A stretch of 53,674 bases of DNA from Myxococcota bacterium (GTDB taxonomy: Bacteria; Myxococcota_A; UBA796; GCA-2862545), in NCBI GenBank assembly GCA_039208735.1, contig JBCCQY010000052.1, forward strand, positions 1-53,674. Reading direction: 5' to 3'. Under the pieces are notes generated by a model. It was given only the letters and a program-made list of their open reading frames with translations, did not search any database and was not told the DNA's origin. Both the position numbers and the translations under genes were made by a program. Every line of letters starts with the position of its first letter. Positions within the stretch are counted from its first letter, which is position 1. Positions 20,514 to 30,720 of the stretch are shown piece by piece.

Positions 20514-23280
20514 GTGATTGGTTAGTTGTTGACGGGTTGTGGAGGCGGTGATGCAACCGCAATCGCCGAGCTCGACTCCGTGTACGATGCGGCGGCGCTC
20601 GCCCAAGCCGAGATTCGGGCGTTCGACGATGGCCCGCCGAGGGAGCAATACGCGAGCGACATCGTGCACGTCGAGGTGGCCACCGAGGCGACGCGGGCGG
20701 AATGGCGTCGGTTCCTGCGCAGCAGCGGCACGGAAGTGGTGCTGTCCCACCCCGGCGTGTCGGTCGTGTTCCTTCGTCTGGCCACGCCGGCGGCCTCGCG
20801 GGCCGAGCTCGACACCGTACTCGCCGCCCTCGAAGCCGACCCGATCATCGTACGCGCCGCCCCCGATGTGGCGACCGTCCCCACGACGCTTCCGCCGCTC
20901 GTTGACGGCACCAACCTCGACCTCGTCGAACCCCACCTCGTGACCCGAACTCCGCGCCTGTGGGACCTGCGCCCGACCACCGCGAAGCTCCTCGCGAAAG
21001 ACGGCGTGATGCGAAACGGACCCGACGTCCTCGTCATCGACCAATTCGGCAACGGAGCCCCCGACCCCGACCTCTTCGAAGGGGAGTTCGCGCCCTCCGA
21101 CTACCCTGAAGGCACCCCGGGTCTCTTCACCCACGGCTACCGGATGATGTCGCTGATGCTCCCGAGGTACGACGAGTCCGGCGCGTTTGGACCCGATGTC
21201 GAGGGGATCGCGGGGCCCATCACACACCCCCACCCCGTATGGGCGTCGACCAACCTCGAGTTGGCCTCGTTGTACCGTTCGCTCCAGATTGCGAACTTCA
21301 CCACCAACCCTGGTGGTGAACCAGTCGGGAATGACCTCGTGTGTAGACGAAACCTGCTTCCTTCTCCTCGAACTCGAGGCTCGGCAGTTTGCCCAGGAGA
21401 TGGCACGGCTCGGCGTTCAGGACCGTCTGGTCTATGTCGTGTCCGCGGGCAACGTCCGCGCTGATGCGATCGTACCGCCCCCCTACGCCCGCGACGCGCG
21501 CTGGGCAACCGTGGCCGCACGATCAGGCCTCCCCAACGTGCTGGTCGTCGAGAATGTCCTTGCCGAGCGCACCGACTGGCCGCCCGAGGTCGGTCCCACC
21601 GAAGACGCCTTTGCCATGTGCCTGTCGAGCACGAGCTACCGCGGGGGCAACATCGCGGCTCCGGGCGGCCGGGCCCAGGTCTACGACAACCTCGGCGTGG
21701 TCTCGACGATGGCGGGGACGTCGGTATCTGCACCGCAAGTCGCCGGCGCCGCGGTGGTGGCGTGGCAGCACGATCCTGCGGCGACCTCGGCCGAGATTGC
21801 AGCTCGCCTGGTGCAAACGGCTGCCCCCATCGGCGTTCCGCTGCTCGACCCCTTCTGCGCCACCCAACCGTCGGCCAACGTCCTGGATGGCCACGCGGCC
21901 GTTCTCGCGGCCGATGTCGGCCTCGCCGCGATGCCCATGCGCACCGCCTTCCTCGACCTCGACGAGGACGGTACCTTCGACGCCGACGACCTCGAGGCGT
22001 TCATGGACGCCTTCGCGGATCCGACCACCGGCCTGCTGCCGACGTTCGGCCCCTCCGACCTCAACGGCGACGGGGTCGAAGGCGAAGCGAAAGCCCAGTT
22101 CGACCTGGACGCGTCGACCGAACCCGCGACCTTCGAGACCCTCGAGGCCGAACTGCGCCAGCCCAGCGGAGACACCGTGTTGGCAACGTTCGACGAGTTG
22201 TCGCTCACCGACCTCGACATCCTCTGCTACTACGCATACTCGGACCTGTTTTCGACCGCAGACGCCGACCAGCGCGACGACATCCTCTACGAAGACTACA
22301 AGGACCAGGGGCTGACTTGCCCTTCGGTCGACCCCGAGGTCGTCGCCTCGGCCGAGGCATGCGCGTTGTCGACCCTCGCCGGGGCCCCGTTTGCGGTGGG
22401 TCTCGGCTTCGATCGGAATCGGTCGGCCTTCCCCATCTACGTGACGGCCACCGTGTCGGGTGACGGGACGATCGAAACCGTGCCTCCGACTCCCGAGCCG
22501 CCGGCGCCCTTCGACCCGGGAACCCGCGACAATCCGAAGCGACTGTCCAGCAATGACGCCAGTTTCGTGCTCTACGGCAGCCTGACGGCTCCAGGCGGAT
22601 CGATGTCGATCACGTTCACTCTCGAGCAGGAAGACCTGTCAGGCCAACGGGTACCGGCCGGTGAGCACACCGTCACCATCAACTCGAAGCCGCAGGAAGA
22701 CTGCGACGTGCTCTCGCCGCCCCCCTACGTGCCCCCGCTCAATGGCGGATGGTGGTTGCGACTGAACTTTGACACGACGAGCAGCAATTCCGTTCAGTAC
22801 ATCGAAGACAGCGAAGTCTTCGAGTCTTGGGTGGCGTTCACGCAGGACGGTTTCGAGTTCGTCGAGACCTACAACGGCACCAACCAGGTCACGACCTATT
22901 TCCCCTTCCCGGGCACATCGCTACGCACCACAGTGAACGACGATCGGAAGGTGCTATCTGGAAGCGTCCAGACGACAACGACCTTCGCCGAAACGAATGA
23001 CAATGGGATCATCACTACGATCGGACCCAATACGTACACGAGCTGCACGGACTTTTGCTTTCCACCCAGTAACCCTGGCCTCCTCGGTGGCGAGCCTCGG
23101 GAACCGACCTGCAGCAACGGCCAGGTGATCGGCTACGACGAAGGCGTCTACAGCTCCAGCACACAGATGACGGGCTACGCAACGACGAACTCCAGCATGC
23201 TCCGCAGCTGCGTCGGTTGCACGGGTCGGGACACGACCAGTTGCTCCTGCACCAGCGACGACGAAATCATCTGTCCCTGA
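20514..23280 (+). pseudogene. S8 subtilase lipoprotein interrupted by an in-frame TAG (20523) and a frameshift (~21308)
   Basis: GAGGGGG RBS, VIG*LLTGC lipobox, Asp motif VLVID and His motif HGYRM lie in ORF 20526. VVNQS, VVSAGN and GTSVSAPQVAG lie in ORF 21187, followed by EF-hand-like DLDEDG and a Cys-rich tail. Confidence 0.8.
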
Positions 23281-23537
23281 CATGCCACACGGCTCCGCGC
23301 GATCGCCAGAGAACCGTAATGACTCCCGCCGTGCTCCGCGAATACGGTTGTCAACCCCTTCGAAAGCCGAATGAGCAGACCTTGATACTCGGTTCTTGCC
23401 CGGTTCGTATTGGGGAGTTTTCTTCCAGGTCGGGCGAGAACGGTAGAACAACCTACGTTTGGCGCATAGGCTGAGTCGGCCAGAACACACCGGTCACGAA
23501 CCACCGCATTCCGAAGTCCGGGTCCGAAAAGTCTGTC

Positions 23538-23827
23538 CGGCAGGTCGGCTCACTGCTGTTCGAGCGGCTCGCCAAGAGCCGTGACCAGGACGAGGCCATG
23601 GCCCTGGCCAAGCAAGGGCAGGTCGTTTCCACGGCCAGATGCAGATGTACGTGAACTACTTCGATCGCCAGGAACGAGCAGATCATGACGCTCCAACTAT
23701 CGGTATCGTACTCTGCTCGGACAGGAACGACGCGATGGTAAAGATTACGCTGCCCGAGGTCAACGCGCAGGTTCACGCAAGCCGCTACCAGCTCTACTTG
23801 CCCACCGAGGCCGTACCTTGCGGTTGA
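23538..23827 (+). pseudogene. YhcG/DUF1016 PD-(D/E)XK nuclease remnant with internal deletion
   Basis: RQVGSLLFERLAKSRDQDEAMALAKQGQ is joined out of frame to GQMQMYVNYFDR...TIGIVLC...ASRYQLYLPTE. Confidence 0.8.
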
Positions 23828-23845
23828 CGTCGTCGGAGTCCGACA

Positions 23846-25069
23846 ATGGCGAAAGCTAGCGCGCACAAGTGGCAGTTTCGAACTCGATTCCGACGGCGTG
23901 CGTTCGGGTGGAAGTCGCAACCGGCGATCAAGGGCGTCAAGGAGGCGGTCGCAGAGATCAAGAAGGTTGCCCGCCAAGACCCACTGCTCGCCGGCGAAGG
24001 CGCAGTGGTGTTCCTGGAGAAGATGTCGCCGGCCATCGAACAGGTCGACGGCTCTTCGGGAGCCATGGGGTCGACGGTCAACCAGGCCGTCGAAGTCTTG
24101 TCCGAGATCATCGCCTCTTCTCCCGCCGATGCACCCACCCGAGATGCGTGGCTCGAGCGACTCTGGGACGCCTACCAGGCAGACGACATCCCATACATCG
24201 AACACCTCGGTGACCTTTGGGGCGAGCTGTGCGCCTCGAAGGAGGTCGCGTCGCAGTGGGCGGATCGGCTCATCGAGACCACGCGCATGGCCTGGAGTCC
24301 CGATCCTGACTTGCGCGGCTTCTTCAAGGGCTCGACAAACTGCTTGAGCGCACTGCTCGCCGCAGGGCGGTACGACGACTTGCTCGAGCTCCTCGAGTTA
24401 GAGCGCCACAACATGTGGGTCTACCGCCAGTTCGGAGTCCGAGCGCTGGCCGCACAGGGCAGGACGATGGAGGCCATCCGCTACACCGAAGAAGGTCGCG
24501 GCCTGAACGACAGCCCAGTGGCCATCGCCCAGTTGTGCGAGGAGGTGCTGTTGTCGGCAGGTCTCGTCGACGAGGCGTACCAGCGCTACGGACTGGTCGC
24601 GAACCGATCGCGAACCTACACCACCTGGTTTCGGGCCGTAGCCAAGAAGTACCCGCACAAGCAGTCCAGCGAGATCCTCGACGATTTGGTCTCCCTGACC
24701 CCGGGCGACGAAGGCAAATGGTTCGCCGCCGCCAAGTCCGCCAAGCTCTTCGACGAGGCCATTGCGTTGGCGAACCGGACACCGTGTTCTCCGAAGACGC
24801 TGACGCGTGCGGCGCGGGACTTCGCGAAGAAGCGACCGGAGTTCGCAGTGGAGGCAGGGATAGCCGCCCTGCGGTGGTTGGTCGAAGGGTACGGCTACGA
24901 GATCACGAGCGTCGACGTGCTGAACGCCTACACCCACACGACGGCGGCGGCCGAGAATGCCGGCGCCGCAGATGCTACCCATACTCGTATCCGGGAGCTC
25001 GTCGCACGCGAGTCCTTCGGCGAACGGTTCGTGACCAAGGTCCTCGGTCACCGCCTGGGGCTATCGTGA
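23846..25069 (+). CDS. uncharacterised alpha-helical (TPR-like) protein, 407 aa
   Basis: Long intact ORF with GGAG upstream, amphipathic helical character and a basic N-terminus KWQFRTRFRRRAFGWKS. Confidence 0.8.
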   Translation: MAKASAHKWQFRTRFRRRAFGWKSQPAIKGVKEAVAEIKKVARQDPLLAGEGAVVFLEKMSPAIEQVDGSSGAMGSTVNQAVEVLSEIIASSPADAPTRDAWLERLWDAYQADDIPYIEHLGDLWGELCASKEVASQWADRLIETTRMAWSPDPDLRGFFKGSTNCLSALLAAGRYDDLLELLELERHNMWVYRQFGVRALAAQGRTMEAIRYTEEGRGLNDSPVAIAQLCEEVLLSAGLVDEAYQRYGLVANRSRTYTTWFRAVAKKYPHKQSSEILDDLVSLTPGDEGKWFAAAKSAKLFDEAIALANRTPCSPKTLTRAARDFAKKRPEFAVEAGIAALRWLVEGYGYEITSVDVLNAYTHTTAAAENAGAADATHTRIRELVARESFGERFVTKVLGHRLGLS

Positions 25070-26658
25070 GACGTCGAAGTCCCAGCAAGCCGGCCCCCGA
25101 TCCATCGGTCACCGACGCGGCGCTGGAGGCCCTGAACGCAGACGAGCTTCGCACCTTCATCCGCGACATGATGCCATGGTTCGACGACGCATTACTGGCC
25201 CGATTCACTAGCGAGGTGGTCGATCGAGCCGCGCGGAACGCGTCGGAGTGGACCCCACAGAGCCCGGCCGACAACCTCGTTGACGAGATCGAGGGATTTG
25301 CCGAAGCCGCCAAGAGGATCGGATACGCCGAACCGTGGGAAGTCGACGCCTATCTGCGCGAAGGCTCGAGCGCCTTCCTATCGAAGCGCTACCCAGGTGC
25401 CGTCAAGATCTTCGAGGCCCTCCTCATACCCATCGCACGCGCGGAAATCGATCTGGGCCAACACGAGATGGTCGAGGAGGTCTTGGGAGTAGATCCCGCG
25501 GACTGCGCTGCCCAGTACGTCGTCTCGGTGTACATGACCTCCCCTACCAAAGAACGTGGCGAGTCCGTCCTTTCCGCTATCGACGCCGTGCACGGCATGG
25601 GGCGCATGTGGGAGCCACTGCGCGAGCTGGAGCGCGTAGCGTTAGAGCCGCTACCTGAGCTGGACGCGTTCCTGTCACAATGGCGAAGGCTGGTCCAGAC
25701 CCGTGTGGAGAACCAGCGAAGGAGCGACTGGGACTCGGAGACCGACCGCTGGCTGCGCGAAGTGGTCCGCCGCACCGAAGGCATCAGCGGCCTCGCTGAT
25801 GTGGCTAGAGCATCGAGGCGAACCGGCGACTTGCAAGCGTGGTGTCGCGCGCTGGTCGAAGCTGGGGATTGGTCCGCAGCGCTTGAGGCACACATCGAGG
25901 CCGCCGAGCTAGTCCAGAACAACGAGCACGTAAGAGGACACCTCTTGGACGGCGCCGCGCTGGCGGCTCAAGAGCTTGGACGTGGCGATCTTGCCAAACA
26001 TCTAGAGCATGCCTGGCGCCAAGCACCGAGCATGGTGCGCCTGCGTCGATGGCTCGGGACGGCGACAACGAAGAAGGACATAGACGTGTTGGTCGCGGAA
26101 GCGTGCGCGGCATGCCCCAAAGACGCGAATCGACAGCAAGCACTGTTGCATGTCCTTGGTGAAGAGTTCGTGGCCGCGGCACATCTACTCCGGAATGCGC
26201 CAGGGCTGGATTGGTCGCGGCGGGAGCACCCCGGACATCTGTTGTTCCCGTTGTTCGTTGGTCTTCTTGGCACTGGAGATGTTGAGGAGTGGTTCGTCGA
26301 GGAGGACGAAAGCGAAGCTCCCTTGGCAAGGCTCCGAGATCCGGATGCCCCTCAACTCGGAACGCCTCCCCTTGTCGTCCTTCTTGAAGTGGCGGGTGTA
26401 GCACAGCCCGATGACCTGGCTACGCGGTCCAAGATATTCAGCGCGTTGCGCTGCGCTGCCGAGCAGCGTCTGGTGGGCGTGACCGAGAACAAGCGACGAC
26501 GACACTACGGACATGCCGCTCTGCTGGCGATCGCGTGTGCCCGTGTTGATGGGTCGCCGGAGGGTGGCGCCTGGCTGGCAAGGCTCCGTGATCGATACCG
26601 TCGTTTCTCTGCATTACAGCGCGAGTTCAAAGCGATCGGTGGGCGGCGACAACCATGA
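25066..26658 (+). CDS. uncharacterised alpha-helical protein (530 aa); C-terminus resembles that of SWIM-finger-associated proteins
   Basis: GTG at 25066 overlaps the upstream TGA (GTGA) and is in frame with ORF 24415. Ends NKRRRHYGHAA...LRDRYRRFSALQREF. Confidence 0.75.
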   Translation: MRRRSPSKPAPDPSVTDAALEALNADELRTFIRDMMPWFDDALLARFTSEVVDRAARNASEWTPQSPADNLVDEIEGFAEAAKRIGYAEPWEVDAYLREGSSAFLSKRYPGAVKIFEALLIPIARAEIDLGQHEMVEEVLGVDPADCAAQYVVSVYMTSPTKERGESVLSAIDAVHGMGRMWEPLRELERVALEPLPELDAFLSQWRRLVQTRVENQRRSDWDSETDRWLREVVRRTEGISGLADVARASRRTGDLQAWCRALVEAGDWSAALEAHIEAAELVQNNEHVRGHLLDGAALAAQELGRGDLAKHLEHAWRQAPSMVRLRRWLGTATTKKDIDVLVAEACAACPKDANRQQALLHVLGEEFVAAAHLLRNAPGLDWSRREHPGHLLFPLFVGLLGTGDVEEWFVEEDESEAPLARLRDPDAPQLGTPPLVVLLEVAGVAQPDDLATRSKIFSALRCAAEQRLVGVTENKRRRHYGHAALLAIACARVDGSPEGGAWLARLRDRYRRFSALQREFKAIGGRRQP

Positions 26659-26682
26659 GGAGAGCCGAGAAACGCCCCGAGC

Positions 26683-26877
26683 TGCGACGTTTGCCCATCG
26701 ATCCGGACAATGTCCGGACGAGGATGGTCGCTGCACCGACAGCGACCGTGTCCCTTGGATCCGCTAGACGACGCCGATGGGGATGGCCTTTGCGGAGACG
26801 TCGACAACTGTCCCTACATCGAAAATGTCGACCAGCTCGATCGTGACAACGACGGCATTGGTGACGCCTGTACGTTC
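26683..26877 (+). pseudogene. thrombospondin type-3 Ca-binding repeat remnant
   Basis: CPLDPLDDADGDGLCGDVDNCPYIENVDQLDRDNDGIGDAC, preceded by a frameshifted CDVCP.IDPDN..DEDGRC copy. Confidence 0.75.
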
Positions 26878-27077
26878 AGCATCGCGAGTGGGATGAGGAT
26901 GAGAAGTCGGGCGGCTGCCAGCATATGGCGGACCGTGAGGCTTGGGTTGGCTCTTCGCGGGATTGTCCCTGACGTGGCCGCGGCGGAGGCCGCGACGTTC
27001 GAACTGAGGTGTCGGGTCGGTCGCCCGGTCTTCGTATGGGAAGGTAGCGCCCTTGCCCGAAGAGCAGGATACAGACC

Positions 27078-27620
27078 ATGTTGCGACGGTTCCTCGTCCT
27101 CGCCCTTCTCGTTGCCTGCGCCAGCGACGACCGCTCCATCGACACGGGCTTGCTCGACCCTGCAGGTCCGAAACCCGATCCGATCCCCCGAGCCACGCCT
27201 CCCCACAGCGTCCACCGCCGCCACGGCCGATACGGGGGCCTCCCCAGGCCCCCACGGTGACGCTTTGTGCGCTACGCAACGACGGCGATTCCGTGGTTGG
27301 CGAGCCCGGCTTGCCCGTGGTGTCAGTGCGGCGGATGGCACGTTCGTGACGGATGATAACGGCGTCGTGACGACCGAGGCCTTCGCACCAGGCGGGGCCG
27401 TGTCCTTCGTTCGTGTGCGCACAGGAGGCAATTCGGTCTACCGTTTTGACGCCCGCACCATCGAAACGGTCTTCAGCATCGAAGCCGAAGATGTGATCGA
27501 GGTCGGCGGTACGGATCGGTATTCGGAGTTTCCGACTGCGGGTCGTCTGGAGGCCAACCTCAGTGGGCCACCGACGGGTGGGGCCTTCCAGGACGTGGCT
27601 GTGTCGTGTGGCGGGCGACG
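27078..27620 (+). pseudogene. frameshifted, 3'-truncated lipoprotein
   Basis: AGGA RBS and MLRRFLVLALLVA-C lipobox. The reading continues through frame changes into the beta-rich VSAADGTFVTDDNG...VAVSCG segment. Confidence 0.6.
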
Positions 27621-27624
27621 GCTT

Positions 27625-28335
27625 GTGGGCGGTGGCTCGGGGATCGGTCGCGCGATCGCAATTGCGTTTGCGGATCGTGGGGCAGGGGTGTTCATCGTGG
27701 GGCGGCGGGAGGCGCCGCTTCGCGAGACCGCAGCCGAACGACCGGAGGCCATCGAGTGGCAGATGGCCGATGTCACGGTCGCAAACGATGCCAAGCGGAT
27801 CGTGGAGGCGGCCGTGGAGCGGTTCGGGCGTTTGGACGTGCTCGTCAACAACGCAGCGGATGGCGTGATGCGGCCGCTTGCCGACACCGACGATGTGACG
27901 ATGGATCGTCTCGTTGCGGTGAACTTCACCAGTCCCTTGCGCATGGCCAGGGAAGCCCTGCCGCATCTCGACAGGACCAAGGGGCAGGTCGTCAACATGG
28001 GGTCGACGACCGCCAACGTGGCCCTTCCCGGAACGACGATCTACTCTGCCACTAAAGCAGCCTTGAATCAGGCTACGCGGGTGCTGGCGGCCGAGCTTGG
28101 ACCGGCGGGCATTCGCGTCAATCTGATCGCGCCTGGGCCGACCGAGACCGATGCCGCTCGGTCTGCACTGGATCAGTCTCCCCCTGGGATGGCGGAGCAG
28201 ATGATCGCGCAGTCCCCCTTTCGTCGGCTTGGCATCCCCGAGGACGTCGCCAAGGCAGTATTGATGGTCACGGGCGACGATGCGGGATGGATCACCGGCC
28301 AAATCATCAACGCCAGTGGGGGATTCATGTCCTGA
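27625..28335 (+). pseudogene. short-chain dehydrogenase/reductase, apparently 5'-truncated
   Basis: GGGSGIG, LDVLVNNA, YSATK and IRVNLIAPGPTET. The usual first beta-strand/Thr before the Gly motif and an RBS are missing. Confidence 0.75.
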
Positions 28336-28448
28336 GAGACCCTGGGTCGAGTTCTGCGAGGGCCCCTTCGATGACCGCGGCCAAGGCGCGCACCCGCAAG
28401 GGGGTTCGACCCGGGAGGCGGGCGTTGTGCGCCACACGCTGCTTACGG

Positions 28449-30215
28449 TCACCGCCGAGGTCTGGCGCCCTTGGGTGAGGGGGATGTGCACCGTTCAAAT
28501 GCGTCGAGCCGATCTCGGCGTACGAATAGTGTCGAGCTGGACTCGGGGATGCCCTCGGGTCGAGCAAATTGCTGAATGCAGGTGCTGTCCAGGATCTCCG
28601 CGTTCAGCTCGGCATGTGTGCGGTGTGGGAGGAACAGGATCTCCGGTGGATCCGGCAGGCAGATCGCGTCGAACGGAAGTCGCTCGAAGGTCAGCCTCGG
28701 GTTCATCAGCCCGCTAAGGTCTGTCACCCTCGCGTCGGGGAACAGCACGCCGGGAACCCCAAGCTCGGAGTGGTACAAGTGCTGCGTGTCGGGCAAGCAT
28801 TTGCGAACCTTACGGATCCCGACCATCGCTTTCATGCGTCGTGTGATGCGCTTGGTGGCGACCTCGTCATCGAGCGCAGGAAGCGAGCGGAGGGGGTAGG
28901 CCCACAACGCAACGAGGACGGCCGTGAGCGGGCCGATGGTCGTCACGAGGACATTTCGCCAGCGGCCGGCCGCCGGTACCGCCGCTAGAACAGCCAAGGG
29001 TGCCAAGTAGGCGACGTACCGTGACCACCGCAGTCGGCCGAGGTAAAATCCGGTTGTATCCTCGATCCAGCTCGCCTCATGGGCCAGCGCGAGCCCGGCC
29101 GCGTAAAGCCCCATCAGCATGATGACTCGGCTTCCCGAAACCGTTCGAAGGAAGGCCGGCCACGCCAACGCGGCAGCGAGCACCACAGGCAGCGTCGCCG
29201 GCAGGAAGAACCGACCGTGGTACCCCATGATTCCTAGGGTCGTCTGTTGGTGGTAGACGACGAAGAGCGCCGCGCCACCGAGCAGACCCATCACCAGTCG
29301 GTCCCGACGAAACAGGGCCATCGCGACAAAGGGGACCGTGAGGAGAGCCCAGGTGGCCAGGTGCCTCCGCTCCCCTACGATGCCGAGGTCCTGGTAGCGT
29401 GGGCTGTAAGGCGACAACAACCGGTTCTTGAGGTAGGCCGACAGGGGAAATGCGGTACCGTAGTAGAGCGCAAGCACTCCGAGCAGGACCGCGTTCGCCG
29501 CGAGCGCCGCCAGAACGAGGCGAGCCAGCCTGCGCTGTTCGAACCATCGGCGATCGGGCTCGTACAGCACCCCCAGAGCCAACGTCAGCGTCATCAGCGC
29601 CATGTCGGGCCGGACCAGGTAGACGGCGACATGACCGGCGGCAAACATCGCGGTCTCGGCTGCCGTCGAGCGAACGCCGCGCTCGAACAGGATGGCCACG
29701 ATGAGGAGGAACGTCGCCAGGACCCACAACGCGAGCAAGGTCTCCATCCCACTCGACACGATGCCGAGGACGGTCGGCGCGGTAAGCCCACAGAGCAGCA
29801 CATAGAGGGGGCCGGGCTCGGGCTCTCGGAGTCGTCGCAAGGTGACCGCCGAAGTCACCCATGTAGCCACCAGGGCGAACCCGGAGAGCAGCTTGATGGT
29901 CACGTGGTAGGCGCCGGGAGCAACGCCGACCACGGCCGTGGCGACGAGCTGGAACAGCTGCGAAGTGTTGCCGTGGACCGGCCCGTCCGCCACGTTCCAC
30001 GCGAAGACCCCGTGTGTGACGAAGTTGTTCGCGAACCTCAGCAAGAACAGGGCGTCGTCCCAAAGATCTCGTCGGAGCGCATCGAAGGTTGCGAGCGCCA
30101 CCACGAGGGCGAACCCACCCGCCATCGCCAACGCCGACCGCCTGGACACACCGCCTGGGTCGCGATCATCCGGACGTGTGTCAGCCACGGGCCTATTCGC
30201 TACAGTGTGGGTCAC
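28449..30215 (-). CDS. polytopic GT-C-like glycosyltransferase
   Basis: WDDALFLLRFANNF...WN...VHGNTS, SGMET, RPD and GRFFLP motifs, with many TM helices. Confidence 0.7.
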   Translation of the reverse strand: MTHTVANRPVADTRPDDRDPGGVSRRSALAMAGGFALVVALATFDALRRDLWDDALFLLRFANNFVTHGVFAWNVADGPVHGNTSQLFQLVATAVVGVAPGAYHVTIKLLSGFALVATWVTSAVTLRRLREPEPGPLYVLLCGLTAPTVLGIVSSGMETLLALWVLATFLLIVAILFERGVRSTAAETAMFAAGHVAVYLVRPDMALMTLTLALGVLYEPDRRWFEQRRLARLVLAALAANAVLLGVLALYYGTAFPLSAYLKNRLLSPYSPRYQDLGIVGERRHLATWALLTVPFVAMALFRRDRLVMGLLGGAALFVVYHQQTTLGIMGYHGRFFLPATLPVVLAAALAWPAFLRTVSGSRVIMLMGLYAAGLALAHEASWIEDTTGFYLGRLRWSRYVAYLAPLAVLAAVPAAGRWRNVLVTTIGPLTAVLVALWAYPLRSLPALDDEVATKRITRRMKAMVGIRKVRKCLPDTQHLYHSELGVPGVLFPDARVTDLSGLMNPRLTFERLPFDAICLPDPPEILFLPHRTHAELNAEILDSTCIQQFARPEGIPESSSTLFVRRDRLDAFERCTSPSPKGARPRR

Positions 30216-30254
30216 GGACGGCTAGACCCCAGGATACGAATTCCGAACTCCGCA

Positions 30255-30505
30255 ATGGAGAAATTGACACCCGACATTGCTCTGCAAGACCTCGTTACCA
30301 ACGCGCTCCGCGTCACCGTTAACGCTGTGACCTCCATTATAGGCAGAGGTGGCGTAAACACGGTGTAGCGATTCGATACGGTGCACGGGTCGGTGATTCT
30401 CCGCGTGGGCTCGATCGACCCGAGCGGATTCGAGCCCGAGCACTGGGTGATGTCCGCGTTGCTGGACGCGGGACTTCCGACGGCTCACCCGTTGGCCCAC
30501 GGGAC
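30255..30505 (+). pseudogene. aminoglycoside/choline-kinase-like phosphotransferase N-terminal remnant
   Basis: MEKLTPD...GRGGVNTV*RFDTVHGSVILRV...EHWVMSALLDAGLPTAHPLAHG, with an in-frame TAG at 30366; the catalytic half is absent. Confidence 0.5.
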
Positions 30506-30569
30506 CTCACCGAACGATCGGCCCTACGGGGCGGGGATCGCGCTGCTCGTGGATCGCGATGCGGCGCCC

Positions 30570-30720
30570 CACCAGTCGGCGGGACGCCTGGAGAGGGTCC
30601 TGCCCGCTATCTCGGTGAAGAATGCTGGACTGTCCACGGTCTTTCACGCAGCCCAGCGGCGTACCCCGAAGATCCGGGCGTTCGTCGACTTCTACGTCGA
30701 ACGCCTCGGCGGCGGTCGGC
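30570..30720 (+). pseudogene. C-terminal remnant of a LysR-family regulator
   Basis: AGRLERVLP...VFHAAQRRTPKIRAFVDFYVERLG. Confidence 0.65.

Noticed and set aside
24415..25065. N-terminal 217 aa of the 747-aa ORF
   Set aside because: Overlaps the 23846-25069 gene in another frame; the GTG at 25066 with a GTGA overlap is the more credible start.
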